64,000 bases of DNA from Octopus sinensis (taxonomy: Eukaryota), in contig NC_043005.1 of assembly GCF_006345805.1 (NCBI RefSeq), forward strand, positions 36,084,001 through 36,148,000. The letters run 5' to 3'. Position 1 is the stretch's first letter, and each line of letters opens with the position of its first letter. Below the pieces are notes generated by a model. It made no database searches and was not told the origin of the DNA. It saw only the letters and a list, made by a program, of their open reading frames with translations. The position numbers were made by a program, and so were the translations under genes. This document shows, piece by piece, positions 12,825-25,174 of the stretch.

Positions 12825-13059
12825 ACCTGTTTCTTTATTACCCACAAGGGGATAAACATAATGGGGACAAACAAGGACAGACAAACGGATTAAGTCGATT
12901 ACATCGACCCCAGTGCGTAATTGGTACTAAATTTATCGACCCCGAAAGGATGAAAGGCAAATTCAACCTCGGCGGAATTTGAACTCAGAACGTAACGGCA
13001 GACGAAATACGGCTACGCATTTCGCCCGGCGTGCTAACGTTCCTGCCAGCTTGCCGCCT
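12825..13059 (-). mobile_element. SINE family B, monomer
   Basis: Same head and body as 1-718; the 3' tail abuts (TCTA)n. Confidence 0.85.
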
Positions 13060-13509
13060 TAAAATTAGCAATAATTGAAATGTCAATGAAGTCGCGTTTA
13101 GCCGGCAGGCTGAGCAGCAATTCATTATTAGCGACGGACCTTTCAGTCGTTGTTTAACTATATCAGTCAGTTTAAATGCCGGGATTTGCTTGATATGAGC
13201 TGATGTAGTAGACATCTGCGGCTGAAGAAGCTAACAAGCAGAAATCTGAATCCAGCAATTTCGTCACCAATACGTCCGGTGCTAACATTTTTCGGTGTTT
13301 TAAACACTATTTGTCTGTGAGAGATACTTTCTCGGGGAAAACCCCGCAGTTTAGAAGGCTTTCAAGCATGTACATACTTTAAATATATATATATATATAC
13401 ACAGATCGTTAAATTTGAACTAATACTTTTTCAGTCGCAAGTAATGAATATATATATGTGTGTGTGTGTGTATGTGTGCGTGCGTGCGTGATCATGTGGG
13501 GTATGTATT

Positions 13510-13782
13510 CATATGTACATGTATGTATGTATGTATGTATGTATGTATGTTTGTATGTTTGTATGTATGTGTGTATGTATGTTTGTATGTATGTTTGTAT
13601 GTATGTATGTATGTATGTATGTATGTTTGTATGAATGTATGTATGTATGTTTGTATGTATGTATGTATGTATGTATGTATGTATGTACGTATGTATGTAT
13701 GTATGTATTGTATGTATGTATGTATGTATGTATGTATGTATGTATGCATGTATGTACGTATGTATGTATGTATGTATGTATG

Positions 13783-13814
<32 letters not shown>

Positions 13815-13964
13815 TGTATGTATGTATGCATGTATGTATGTATGTATGTATGTATGTATGTATGTATGTATGTATGTTTGTATGTATGTATGTATGTATG
13901 TATGTATGTATGTATGTATGTATGTATGTATGTATGCATGTATGTACGTATGTATGTATGTATG

Positions 13965-13998
<34 letters not shown>

Positions 13999-14121
13999 TG
14001 TATGTATGTATGTATGTATGTATGTATGTATGTATGTTTGTATGAATGTATGTATGTATGTTTGTATGTATGTATGTATGTATGCATGTTTGTATGTATG
14101 TATGTATGTATGTATGTATGT
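13510..14121. repeat. ~600-bp (TATG)n array
   Basis: Visible directly; source of the MYVC/HTYI pseudo-ORFs. Confidence 0.95.
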
Positions 14122-14722
14122 GCCTATATGAGAAATACGGTGTATTACACAAGAGTATATATACATATATATATTTCATATTCAGCTGTGAAGTTGCATA
14201 AGCGACTAAATGTTCGAGAATTCCATTCATTGCACTGTATCTGGTTTAACTTAACTCACTGCGAAATTTCACAGTGAGGTAGTTCAAATATTTGAATCAG
14301 CCTTCAGGTATCACCAGAGAAGTACTAAATTTATTCTGGTAAAATATTGAATGAGATCTCAAGTGTTTTGTGAAATAACGTTAAAGACATCAGGAATAAA
14401 TCAAGAATAAAGTGGAATAATGGTAATAAAATCAATAGAACTTTGAAAGAAAGTTGTTATGGTGAATCGCTTAATAAAAATATGTTTGGTGACTAATTTG
14501 TTTTGACGTCTAAGTTTTGGTAAACTTGATGAAATATCATTGTTGAGTTTATGGAAAGAGCGAAGTGTGTTAAAAATGGTGTGTATATTGAAATTGAGAT
14601 ATCGTCTGTTGCAGATCTTTAGGGCCTGAATTTAGTAAGGAAGGTAGCAACTATTGCATATTGTAATACACATACTTACCTCTGTCTGTCTGTCTGTCTG
14701 TTTCATTCATTCATTTATTCTG

Positions 14723-15087
14723 TACTAGCAGTATCGCCCGGCGTTGCTCGGGTTTGTAAGGGAAATAACTATAAAGCATTTTTAGAGAGTTATAGCCAAA
14801 AAATGGGAAAAAAATGATGGTAATTTTTTTTTTAGTTAAAAAGGTCGAGTTGCGTCCCTTAGACAGTCTGTGGTTTGTGTTTCTGATTCTCGACCCCATG
14901 TCGAATTTATCGATTTTTTTCAGAACTGGGGGAACTTTTCAAAATTTTCGCTGCGTTAGTTTTGAATTATGACATTGGGCTATGTGTGTGTCAAGTTTCA
15001 TCAGAATCGGTTGAAAGCCGTGGTCAGGGTGAGGGTACAACCTAACAGACACACAGAAACACACACAGACAAACTGCCGTTTATATA
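14723..15087 (+). mobile_element. Helentron/DINE-like non-autonomous element
   Basis: 5' TACTAGCAGTATCGCCCGGCGTTGCTCGGG (terminal hairpin), core GTGTCAAGTTTCATCAGAATCGG, 3' ACAGACAAACTGCCGTTTATATA. Confidence 0.65.
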
Positions 15088-15092
15088 CACAC

Positions 15093-15151
<59 letters not shown>

Positions 15152-15157
15152 GTGTGT

Positions 15158-15328
15158 GTATGTATATCCATATGTCTTATATTATAAAAAAGAAGCGGAT
15201 TTCCGTCTGTCTGTCCGTCATGACATCTATTAGAGGGAAGGAAAAAAAGGCGGAATAGCAAAATACACGTTAGAACATTTCTAAAAGAAGGGAGGAGGAA
15301 AAGTTGTTGGGAGAGAAATACAGTGAAT

Positions 15329-15372
<44 letters not shown>

Positions 15373-15611
15373 CAGACAGACAGAGAAAGAGAGTGATAGA
15401 GAGAAAGAGTGAAAGATAGATAGATAGGAAATTAGGAAGATAGATAAATAAATACACAGACAGATAAGAGGTAGTGTTTTCACAATAGTAACTAACGTTT
15501 TGATTTAAAACTTGAAAATTATAAGTGCAAGTCTGTCAAAACAATGCAACATACATCAAGTCAAGTCTCTCTCTCTCTCTCTCTCTCTCTCCATATATAT
15601 ATATATAATAT

Positions 15612-15657
<46 letters not shown>

Positions 15658-16193
15658 TAGAATATCAGCTTTTTGAGTTGTTTGTGGACGTGTGTATTTC
15701 TGTGTGTATGTGTGTGTGCGTGCGCGCGTGTGTGAGTGTGCGTATGTGTGTGTGTAAAATATAAATAGGTAGTGTTATCACCTTGATAACTAACAAGTTT
15801 TGCTTAAAACCGCGTATTAAAAACAAGCCTGTCAACACAATATAGTGTTTAAGAAATGGCTGTACATACATACATACATACATGCGTATATATAAACCAT
15901 ATATTATTTGTCTGTGTATGCGCGTGTATGTGTGTGTGTTTTGTGCCTTTCAACATGTAGACAATGCTGCATAGACTTTAGAAAAAGATCTTGTGTGTGT
16001 GTGTGTGTTGTGTGTGTGTGTGTGTATGTATATCCATATGTCTTATATTATAAAAAAGAAGCGGATTTCCGTCTGTCTGTCCGTCATGACATCTATTAGA
16101 GGAAGGAAAAAAAGGCGGAATAGCAAAATACACGTTAGAACATTTCTAAAAGAAGGGAGGAGGAAAAGTTGTTGGGAGAGAAATACAGTGAAT

Positions 16194-16237
<44 letters not shown>

Positions 16238-16464
16238 CAGACAGACAGAGAAAGAGAGTGATAGAGAGAAAGAGTGAAAGATAGATAGATAGGAAATTAG
16301 GAAGATAGATAAATAAATACACAGACAGATAAGAGGTAGTGTTTTCACAATAGTAACTAACGTTTTGATTTAAAACTTGAAAATTATAAGTGCAAGTCTG
16401 TCAAAACAATGCAACATACATCAAGTCAAGTCTCTCTCTCTCTCTCTCTCTCTCCATATATATA

Positions 16465-16506
<42 letters not shown>

Positions 16507-16862
16507 ATATATATATATATACATATATAGAATATCAGCTTTTTGAGTTGTTTGTGGACGTGTGTATTTCTGTGTGTATGTGTGTGTGCGTGCGCGCGTG
16601 TGTGAGTGTGCGTATGTGTGTGTGTAAAATATAAATAGGTAGTGTTATCACCTTGATAACTAACAAGTTTTGCTTAAAACCGCGTATTAAAAACAAGCCT
16701 GTCAACACAATATAGTGTTTAAGAAATGGCTGTACATACATACATACATACATGCGTATATATAAACCATATATTATTTGTCTGTGTATGCGCGTGTATG
16801 TGTGTGTGTTTTGTGCCTTTCAACATGTAGACAATGCTGCATAGACTTTAGAAAAAGATCTT
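15158..16862. repeat. Tandem duplication of ~870 bp (15158-15992 and 16024-16862)
   Basis: Near-identical sequence; identical ORFs at 15665-15883 and 16535-16753. The junctions lie in (GT)n. Confidence 0.9.
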
Positions 16863-17021
16863 GTGTGTGTGTGTGTGTATGTGTGTGTGTGTGTGTGTGT
16901 GTGTATTCATATATGTGTGTGTGTATATATGTATTTATGTATTTATGTATATATGTATTTATATATGTGTGTGTATTTATATATGTGTGTGTGTATATAT
17001 GTATATATATATAGGAATATA

Positions 17022-17419
17022 TAGGAATGGCTGCATAGTAAGGAGCTTGTTCGCCAACCACATGGTTCTGAGTTCAGTCCCATTGCGTAGCACCTTGGGC
17101 AATTGTCTTCTATTATAGCCTCGGGCCGACCAAAGCCTTGTGAGTGGACTTGGTAGACGGAAACTGAAAGAAGCCTGTCACACACACACACATATGTGTA
17201 TATATGTATGAGTGTGTTTGTTATTTGTGTCTGTGTTTGTCCCCACACCGTCGCTTAACAACTGATGTTGGTTTGTTTACGTCCCTGTCAACTAGCGGTT
17301 CGGCAACAGTGACCAATAGAATAAGTACTATGCTTACAAAGAATAAGTCCTGGGGTAGATTTGTTCGACTAAAGGTGGTGCTCCAGCATGGCTGTAGTGA
17401 AATTACCGAAACAAGTAAA

Positions 17420-17422
<3 letters not shown>
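17022..17422 (+). mobile_element. SINE family A, near full length, with internal microsatellite
   Basis: tRNA-like head (TGGCTGCATAGTAAG...GAGTTCAGTCCC), CACCTTGGGCAA central block, internal (CA/TG)n and the GGTGGTGCTCCAGCATGGC tail. Confidence 0.85.
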
Positions 17423-17474
<52 letters not shown>

Positions 17475-17740
17475 TTGAACACCGAGGTCGATGTAATTAA
17501 ATTAACTCCTCGAACGAAATTGCTGGCCTCGTACCGAAATTTGAAATCTATAATTTTTCGAATTTATGAAGGTTATAAGAAATCAATGTCTTATCAATAT
17601 AGAAAAGTAAATACAATATTTTATATCCCTAAATATATAACTGGATTGATTCACCATTATTTTTTGTCTGAAAACATATCCCATATTTTATGATAGTCCC
17701 TTCCAACTTTAGGATGACATGTTGTATGATAGATATTTAA

Positions 17741-18262
17741 CTATATATCTATATATATAAAACTGTAGTTGTGTGAGTGTCTGTCCCCTTCGATTTAGAT
17801 TCCTAACTACTCCCACATTTTGCGGTGCAGTTTAACCAAATTCAGGTATCTTATAGTCGTGATTCATATCGAGCCCGTCTGACTATTAGCGCGCGTCTAC
17901 GATGAGTCTACGATTTTAAAAATAATTTAACATCATTTTTTATTCCATTTTAATGCATAATTTTTCGTGTGTCGATGGCGGCGGAGTTGGCGTCCATGGT
18001 CACACCTGCACCTGTTTGCTTCTCCCCCTTCTTCCCTCCCTCGTGAAGCTGTAGGGAAGGGAGTGTAAGGAAATCAACGTCGTAAAGCGTTGTCAAGGAG
18101 ACCAGCGTTCTTTTAGAACAACGACTTCATGGCTTGAAGACACCAAAACAGAAGTGGCTAAGAAAGCCCGAATTGGCATCTATAAGGGAAGTAACTCTCT
18201 AAAAATGCTTATATAGTTATTTCCCTTAAAAACCCGAGCAACGCCGGGCGATACTGCTAGTA
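17741..18262 (-). mobile_element. Helentron/DINE-like element sharing its 5' terminus with 14723
   Basis: Minus strand begins TACTAGCAGTATCGCCCGGCGTTGCTCGGGTTTTTAAGGGAAATAACTAT; the interior is unrelated to 14723-15087. Confidence 0.65.
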
Positions 18263-18552
18263 TCATATACGATATGAGTAGTTATGATTATGATTTACGA
18301 ATTATGGTTAAGTGGAAGCACTATTCTTATTTGTATTTTGTTATGATCCAGTTAATATCTAATAAAAAATAATGAACGGTATAATTCATGACAGTATAAT
18401 TATCCTCCAATATTGCAATGAAAACTAAGCAACATTAAACCTTGACATAAATATATGGAGCTGGGTGTTGCGTGACAAAAATACCATTTTCGCGCACGCT
18501 GACGTAATTACAATGACAGTGTCAATTATTTGAGCTGTTAGAGCGTCGCGTG

Positions 18553-18865
18553 AAGGCATGTGACTTGGTGGTTAGGGCATTCGACTCACGATCGTAAGGG
18601 TGTGAGTTCGATATCCGGTAGCCAGTTGTGTCTTCGAGCAAGATACTTTATTTCACGTTGCTCCAAGTCCACTCAGCTGGTAAAAATGCGTAGTACCTGT
18701 ATTTCAACAGGCCAGCCTTGTCCCAATCGGTGTGTCACGCTGAATTTCCTTAAGAACTACGTTAAAGGTACGAGTGTCTGTGGAGTACTCAGCCACTTAC
18801 ACGTTAATTTATCGAGCAGGTCGTTCCGTTGATCAGTTTAACTGGAAAACTTGTCGTAACTGACG
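18553..18865 (+). mobile_element. tRNA-headed SINE (family C)
   Basis: TGACTTGGTGGTTAGGGCATTCGACTCACGATC...GAGTTCGATATCC, then GTCTTCGAGCAAGATACTTTATTTCACGTTGCTCC, shared with 32774-32910. Confidence 0.75.
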
Positions 18866-19199
18866 GAGTTCCTGCTTAAGAGCCGTCGTATAAATTACTT
18901 TACAGTAATCATCCAGACTCTCTACGATTTGGGTCAAAATTCTGCCCAGGCCAACCTCGCTTTTCATCATTTCATGGTCGACATAAAGGCATAAAGTACC
19001 AGTTGTATACTGGAGTCTCAACTCTTTCTATTTCTCTCACCTTTTCTTTCTGTCTGTCAGTCTATTTCTCTTTTGGAAAAAAAAACGTTGGTTGTAGTCA
19101 GACGTGGAGACAGATGGGTTCCATAAAAGGTCTTAATATATCTAATACACTCCCTTATATCACCTCTTTGAATTCACCAATGAGTTAAGGATCCAAGAC

Positions 19200-19690
19200 A
19201 AAAATCAAGGCAATGACAAATGATTACGTGCGAAACTGAATTTCTGTCAGCGTGCAGCAAGTGTTATAAACGTTACATCCACCAATCTTCGCCTACAATT
19301 ACTGGTCAGAGACGTGGCAGTATAGTCCTCAGCCACCTCTTCCTCAGGGTCCTATAATTTCCTGCTGGATGCCCAAGCATGACCAACAGAGACTATGGAT
19401 ATTATCCAATCATTTCGTTCTTCGTTTATTCCTAGGTCTCCTGTCGGTTGGTTCGGCTTAAAGAATCTGTCTTGTGATTCTTTTCTGGGACATTCTAATC
19501 ACATGTCCGCAATACAGGAGCTGTGACCACTCAACGCAGAGAAGTAGCGGCTCGACCTGGAAAAACTCTCTGACCCCAGAGCTTCTCACCTTGTCGAGTG
19601 GCATTACTCTAGAAACCATTCGTAGGAACCCCAGTCAGCGACTTTTCTTTGCGATCGTATTCTGTCGGTCCTTACCCAATATTCAGAAAC
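19200..19690 (-). mobile_element. RTE-clade LINE 3' fragment
   Basis: Minus-strand translation gives LDKVRSS..RE...VEPLLL...SQL...GHVIRMSQKRITRQIL...T.RRPRNK.RT, matching the RTE C-terminal GHVxRM / RPRGRP pattern. Degenerate. Confidence 0.7.
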
Positions 19691-20587
19691 GTCATATCTA
19701 TAATGAAAATGCGCTATAATTCTTAACGAATTTTAATTTTCATAACTAACCTTAATGACGATTAATAATATTAATTTTAAAATCATAAATAGTGAGACGC
19801 ATTAATACACAGCTTTCATGTTATTACACATAATATTTAATTCTCATCAAGCAAGTTCAGCTGATGTGATTCTCCACGGAAATTAAACTTAATTATAATA
19901 TTTCATAAACATCTTTAATGACTTTTATATGTCAAGACTAATTACTGATCGAGTTCAATTTATTAACGAAAACTATTCAAAATTCTCATTAGAGAGTTTA
20001 ATTAATAGTAATTGGTGTTATTTGACTTCTTATGTGAACACAAAGACACAAATTAGTAGCAATGAGTTCCGTCGTTCCTGGGTACGTTACCAAAATTTAA
20101 ATGAATGAAATTTCTGTTTGGAATACAGAACATTGTGACATCGAAATAAATATTTAAAGGCATTCACCTCAAGCATGTATAATTTCTGTCATTCCACTGG
20201 CTTTAGAAATTGGTATTAAAATATCTTGCATATTTACTTAAAGTATGTTCTGTATCTATTTGATAGGATATAATATTTGTTTAAATTAATTAAACATTAA
20301 TTTACAATGTATTTTATAGTTATTAGAGATATGTTGTATCTGTACTTAATGTATGTTCTATATCAATTTGAAATACTTTTCTAAAGCTATTAGAGATGTG
20401 TCCTATGTTTATTAAAATATATATATATTCTGTATTTAATTAAAGTAGCCTCTATATTTATAATTTTATGCAGGGAAATAATCTGAATCAAAACAAACTA
20501 AAAATAAAATAGAAGTACTGCTTATATTGTGTTTAATTCTTTAGATGATGATGATGATGATGATGATGATGATAATATTAACAACAA

Positions 20588-20956
20588 CAAGACCATTCAG
20601 AGAGTGCAAACCTCCGCCAAGGCAACAACAACGTCTTCTGAACGATTAGTCAGAGATGATTTTTAAAATGAGAATATCAGAAAAAAAACTCGACTGCTCT
20701 CACAAACGAGAATACTAAAAACGAACCTGACCGCTCTCAAAAATTAAGTAAAAAAAAAAAGAGAAAATAATTCAGAATCCTTGTTCGGTACCATATTGAT
20801 TTCAAAATCTAATCAGTCACAAGGCCAGTCACAAGGCCAAACATCCCTGAAAGTTTCATCCACATACATCCAGCGGTTCTTGAGATATCTTGTCCACGGA
20901 CAAACAAACAAACACGACTGGAAACAATACCTCCGCCTTCGCTAAGGTGGAGGTAA
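20588..20956 (+). mobile_element. Helentron-associated interspersed element (HINE-like)
   Basis: 5' ACCTCCGCCAAGG subterminal repeat, core GAAAGTTTCATCCA, (ACAA)n and a 3' stem-loop TACCTCCGCCTT-cgct-AAGGTGGAGGTA. Confidence 0.7.
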
Positions 20957-21169
20957 TAATAATAATCCAAGCACAAATCCTGAAATTTGGGGGAAATAAC
21001 TAGTTTCACTGGCATTTAATTTATCGACCCCGAAAGGATGAATGGCAAAGTCGACCTCGGTGGCGTATATGCCGAGCTGCTGTATGCGGCGCAAATTGCC
21101 AGGATTGGATAATCTGTCCTATAAGATATAATTCCATAAGCCTGACTCGTTTTCTCCTGTCTCCTGTCT

Positions 21170-21570
21170 ACTACAGCTGGCAACAGACTTGGAACATTCC
21201 AAGACTGCGAGTGAGCCGAGGAGTGGAGAAAATGTTAAGGAAGATTCCATGACTGAAAATTTTAAAACTATAATTTCCGATCAACACAAAGTTAAAGAGT
21301 TTAGCAAAGATGCTCAACAAAAGGCTGACTCTTGTCGGTAGCGTAATGGAATACGCGGAACCTGTGCGATCCTGGACACATCTGTCCAAGATAACTTCCA
21401 CCTCATCTGATATATTATAGGAGGGGTCGAGAATAGATCTGGCATTGACAGGACGCTGATCAATTGGATCAGCCCAAGGCATTCGACAGGGTGGACCCTG
21501 GCCACCTATCGGATTCTTTCCCGTCTTCAGAGGCCAGATCATCGCAGTGTACAATGGCATCTGTTTGCTG
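21170..21570 (+). mobile_element. L1/Tx1-clade reverse transcriptase fragment
   Basis: Hand translation gives ENF..I.......K..AKMLNKRL, DNFHL..YII and LDQPKAFDRVD (L1/Tx1 RT motif). Frameshifted. Confidence 0.75.
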
Positions 21571-22087
21571 GGGCTGAAAGGACTTACTCTGAGAATGCTT
21601 TTATAAGAGCAAAGAAACTAGAAGAAAACATTTCAGATACCTTGGAGGCAAGTACTTCTCTGTAAACAGTTTTCAGTTTGAAACATATAACAAAAGCAAA
21701 AACTAAGATTCTCCTCAACCACAAAAAATAAAAAAAATAACAATAAAACACGACGAAAGTATAACACAAACATACATAAAAACAATTTCGTACATTCTAG
21801 AAGTTTTACTTCATCAGATTCTGTGTCTCAACTTGGTCGATGATTCTTTTCAAATACGGTGCTGTTTCCTTGAAAGTCTTCTATTCAAGATCGAGTTATT
21901 TTTAGTTGTTATAAATAATCATCTTTCTATTTGTCGGCTGCACACATTTTAAGGTTTGTATTGTGTTCAAATTTGGAAAGCTAGAGAGAAAAAAAACAAG
22001 AATTTTAAACCAAATAATTTCAATGTTTTTACTTCTATCAAGTGCGACATAAATTTATGTACACTCGTATACATACACACGCACACG

Positions 22088-22134
<47 letters not shown>

Positions 22135-23322
22135 ACACACACACATACACACGTGTGTGTGTAGTGTGTGTATATATATATTAGGTCATTATGATTGAAG
22201 AATATATTTTATGTGTAAACTTGCATAAAATATTCATGCTGATCTCTTCAAATATGTATATAACTTATTCTAAATCAATGCACATGATGCTTGGAATAAT
22301 TGGATGGTACCATTGTATCTGGCAGGATATAAAACAGCTTACATGTACTGCAATTAGTGCAGATGGAGAAGTTTATCAATACATTATTGAAATCGATAGT
22401 TCATATCGATCAAGAGACATTCTTTGAGAGTTTTCTTCCCAAACCTAAAGCTGCTTCAATCGATCTAAATTCTGCGATTCCAGCAGGATTTGAAAATATC
22501 AACAAATATTGATTACAATTTTTAGTTGCTCTGAAGTAAAATTGGAGTCTGAAGAATAAAGAACACAAGAATATGGTGGTGGTGGTGGTGGTGGTGGTGG
22601 TGGTGGAGAAGGCGTTCGGGTGGGATGAGGGTATATGTTAATGATTGTTGTAAAAGTAAATAGTAGCGGAGATGTCGATAGGAAGTGTTATGAAGGTGCT
22701 AGTGTGTATTTTGATGATTGTTGTTTAAATAGGTGATGGTGGGAGCATGTATTAAGATACAAAGAGGTGGGAAGGGGAATGTTTTTGCATTTTTTCTTTT
22801 TCGTTGAGTTGTTTTATGTTTATTAACAACAAAATGTTGAATCTACGAATAATATTAAGGAAGATGATCAAGGCTATGCCGATGACGATGATGAAAATCA
22901 TTTCTTTCAAGGCCATATGTGTAAGCATAATGGTTACAGTCAATTAAATTGATTCCATTACATGACTAAAAGTTTTCTACCCCCATCCCTTTCACCGCCA
23001 GAAGCAAAGTAGACCAAAATCCAGATTTGAAATGTAAAACGCGAAACTACATACTATAAAACATATAGTACTTTACTGAGTTTATTAACTTGCCCTCATT
23101 TTGATGATAATAATGATATCTTTTGAAACTAATTACTTAACAGAAAGCGTATGAACTCCTGGTCCTTATATTTTAGTTAATCTCCAATGAGATTATTTTA
23201 GTTAATCTCCAATGGAAAGGTTGAGAAGTAAGTAGGAAACTGAAAGAAAATTTAAAAGGTTTACAAACATTATAAATTATGATTCTTTATTTCCCGAGTA
23301 GAGCGGAGGATGGGGGCTAACA

Positions 23323-23353
<31 letters not shown>

Positions 23354-23394
23354 CAATTCTATCTATCTATCTACCTACCTACCTACCTACCTAC

Positions 23395-23498
<104 letters not shown>

Positions 23499-23599
23499 AT
23501 GTCTATCTAACAGTCTGACTGTCATTCAATCACTTTCTCTCTCCGTCAATATATTTATTATGCTCGTATGTGTAGTATATGTATGATATGAGCATATGT

Positions 23600-23830
23600 A
23601 TATGCATGTTTTATTCAGTGGACCCTTGTCCAGACATTATGCGATGACCAGAAATGAGCATCACTGTCATACAAGCGATGGGGTTCGTTTCCAGTCTTCA
23701 ATGGGGAAAATATGACTTTGCTCGGAAACAGATGACAGTTGGTGCGTTGTCAACAGGAAGAGCCTCCGGCTAAAGAAAATCTGCTTCTACAAATTAAGTC
23801 TAACTCATGCAAGCACGGAAAGTGGCCATT
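23600..23830 (+). mobile_element. SINE fragment with a Meta-domain-like block
   Basis: GTTGTCAACAGGAAGAGCCTCCGGCTAAAGAAAATCTGC resembles the GGCGACAGGAAGGGCATCCGGCCGTA block as I recall it from MetaSINEs. Confidence 0.45.
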
Positions 23831-23862
23831 GAAATATATATATATATATATACATCCATACA

Positions 23863-24013
<151 letters not shown>

Positions 24014-24182
24014 ATACATATGTATATATATATATGCACACATATATACCGCATTTTAACGTGTATAAGGAACCACTTAATTTTTGGAGCTAAAAATTTG
24101 GAATATGCTTTTGTAAGGGATTATAATACTATCTATATATAAGAAATTACCATAATTTTTTAACCTAATTTTTGACGAAAAG

Positions 24183-24228
<46 letters not shown>

Positions 24229-24293
24229 CCGCGTGTGTACCGTTGGCGATTTTTTCCCTCTGTCTTCCCTTCTCTGGATCTTTCCTTCTCCTA

Positions 24294-24329
24294 TGTTTCC
24301 GACGAAGAGCTCCGCTCGAAACGTTAAAT
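24294..24329 (+). ncRNA. Minimal hammerhead-like core (U4>C variant) in a ~300-bp unit starting at (TA)n
   Basis: GTTT-CCGACGA-a-GAGC tcc GCTC-GAAACGTT-AAA: perfect stem II, self-complementary AACGTT stem III and a TTT/AAA stem I. Confidence 0.6.
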
Positions 24330-24849
24330 CCTCCTTCTTTCCTTCTTTCCTGAACGTCCAATAATACTATATTTGTTCCACGTCCTCGCGTTGTTATGTT
24401 TTTTTGTGCTTTCTTGTTTGGATTAACTTTATATATATATATATCTCGTTGCTATTATGTTAAACTGCTGTCTGTCAAAATGTGGTCAAATGCGTTTTTT
24501 TTTTTTCAATATTTTATTTTTCTTGCAATATCCGTTTCATTTGGTCAGGCTATCGTACCACCAGCTGCTTCAGATGCCAAGATATGAAAATTGTCAAAGT
24601 ATAGTACAACGGTTTAGTATTTTTCAAAAGAAAATATCATACATGCATGGAATTACGATTTTATGCACCCAACAAAGTATTATTTTTAAGCTGAAACTGT
24701 TACTAATGTAAAAAGAAATGGAATGGTGAAACTATCTTTTCGTTTTCGGAAAAAGCTACGTTTTGGATTTACGACATTTTGCATAATAGCAACAATATAT
24801 ACACATACATACATACATACATACATACATACATACATACATACATACA

Positions 24850-24882
<33 letters not shown>

Positions 24883-25126
24883 GTATATATATAAATATAT
24901 ATATTATATGTGTATGTATATGTGTGTGCGCACGAACACACACACATATGCATAAATAGGAAATAATGGAAACAAGGCACCAATGTTTGCTGGAAATAGC
25001 AGTCGATAACCGTACACAAGAAGTATAAGGGGAAATATTTCTCTTATATTTCCTATATCTCTCCCTATTCAAAATAAATTCTTGTATTGAACTCTATTAT
25101 TTCCTTCTATTTAACTCTCTCATATC

Positions 25127-25174
25127 GTCTCTGATGATGGGATCTCCTTTATATACCTGAAACAGCTGTAAGAC
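25127..25174 (+). ncRNA. Type I hammerhead ribozyme (PLE-type, palindromic stem III)
   Basis: GTCT-CTGATGA-t-GGG...CCT-GAAAC AGCT GTA-AGAC. Stem I is GTCT/AGAC, stem III is ACAGCTGT and the cleavage triplet is GUA. Confidence 0.75.

Noticed and set aside
13215-13255. CTGAAGA-AGCT..AGC-AGAAA hammerhead-like string
   Set aside because: Extra base before GAAA and no convincing stem I or III; too degenerate to call.
21805-21825. CTGATGA on the minus strand (also 6151, 6466, 14997, 54070) and on the plus strand at 37564
   Set aside because: No correctly placed stem II plus GAAA; these belong to TSD, Helentron, PLE or other repeat sequence.
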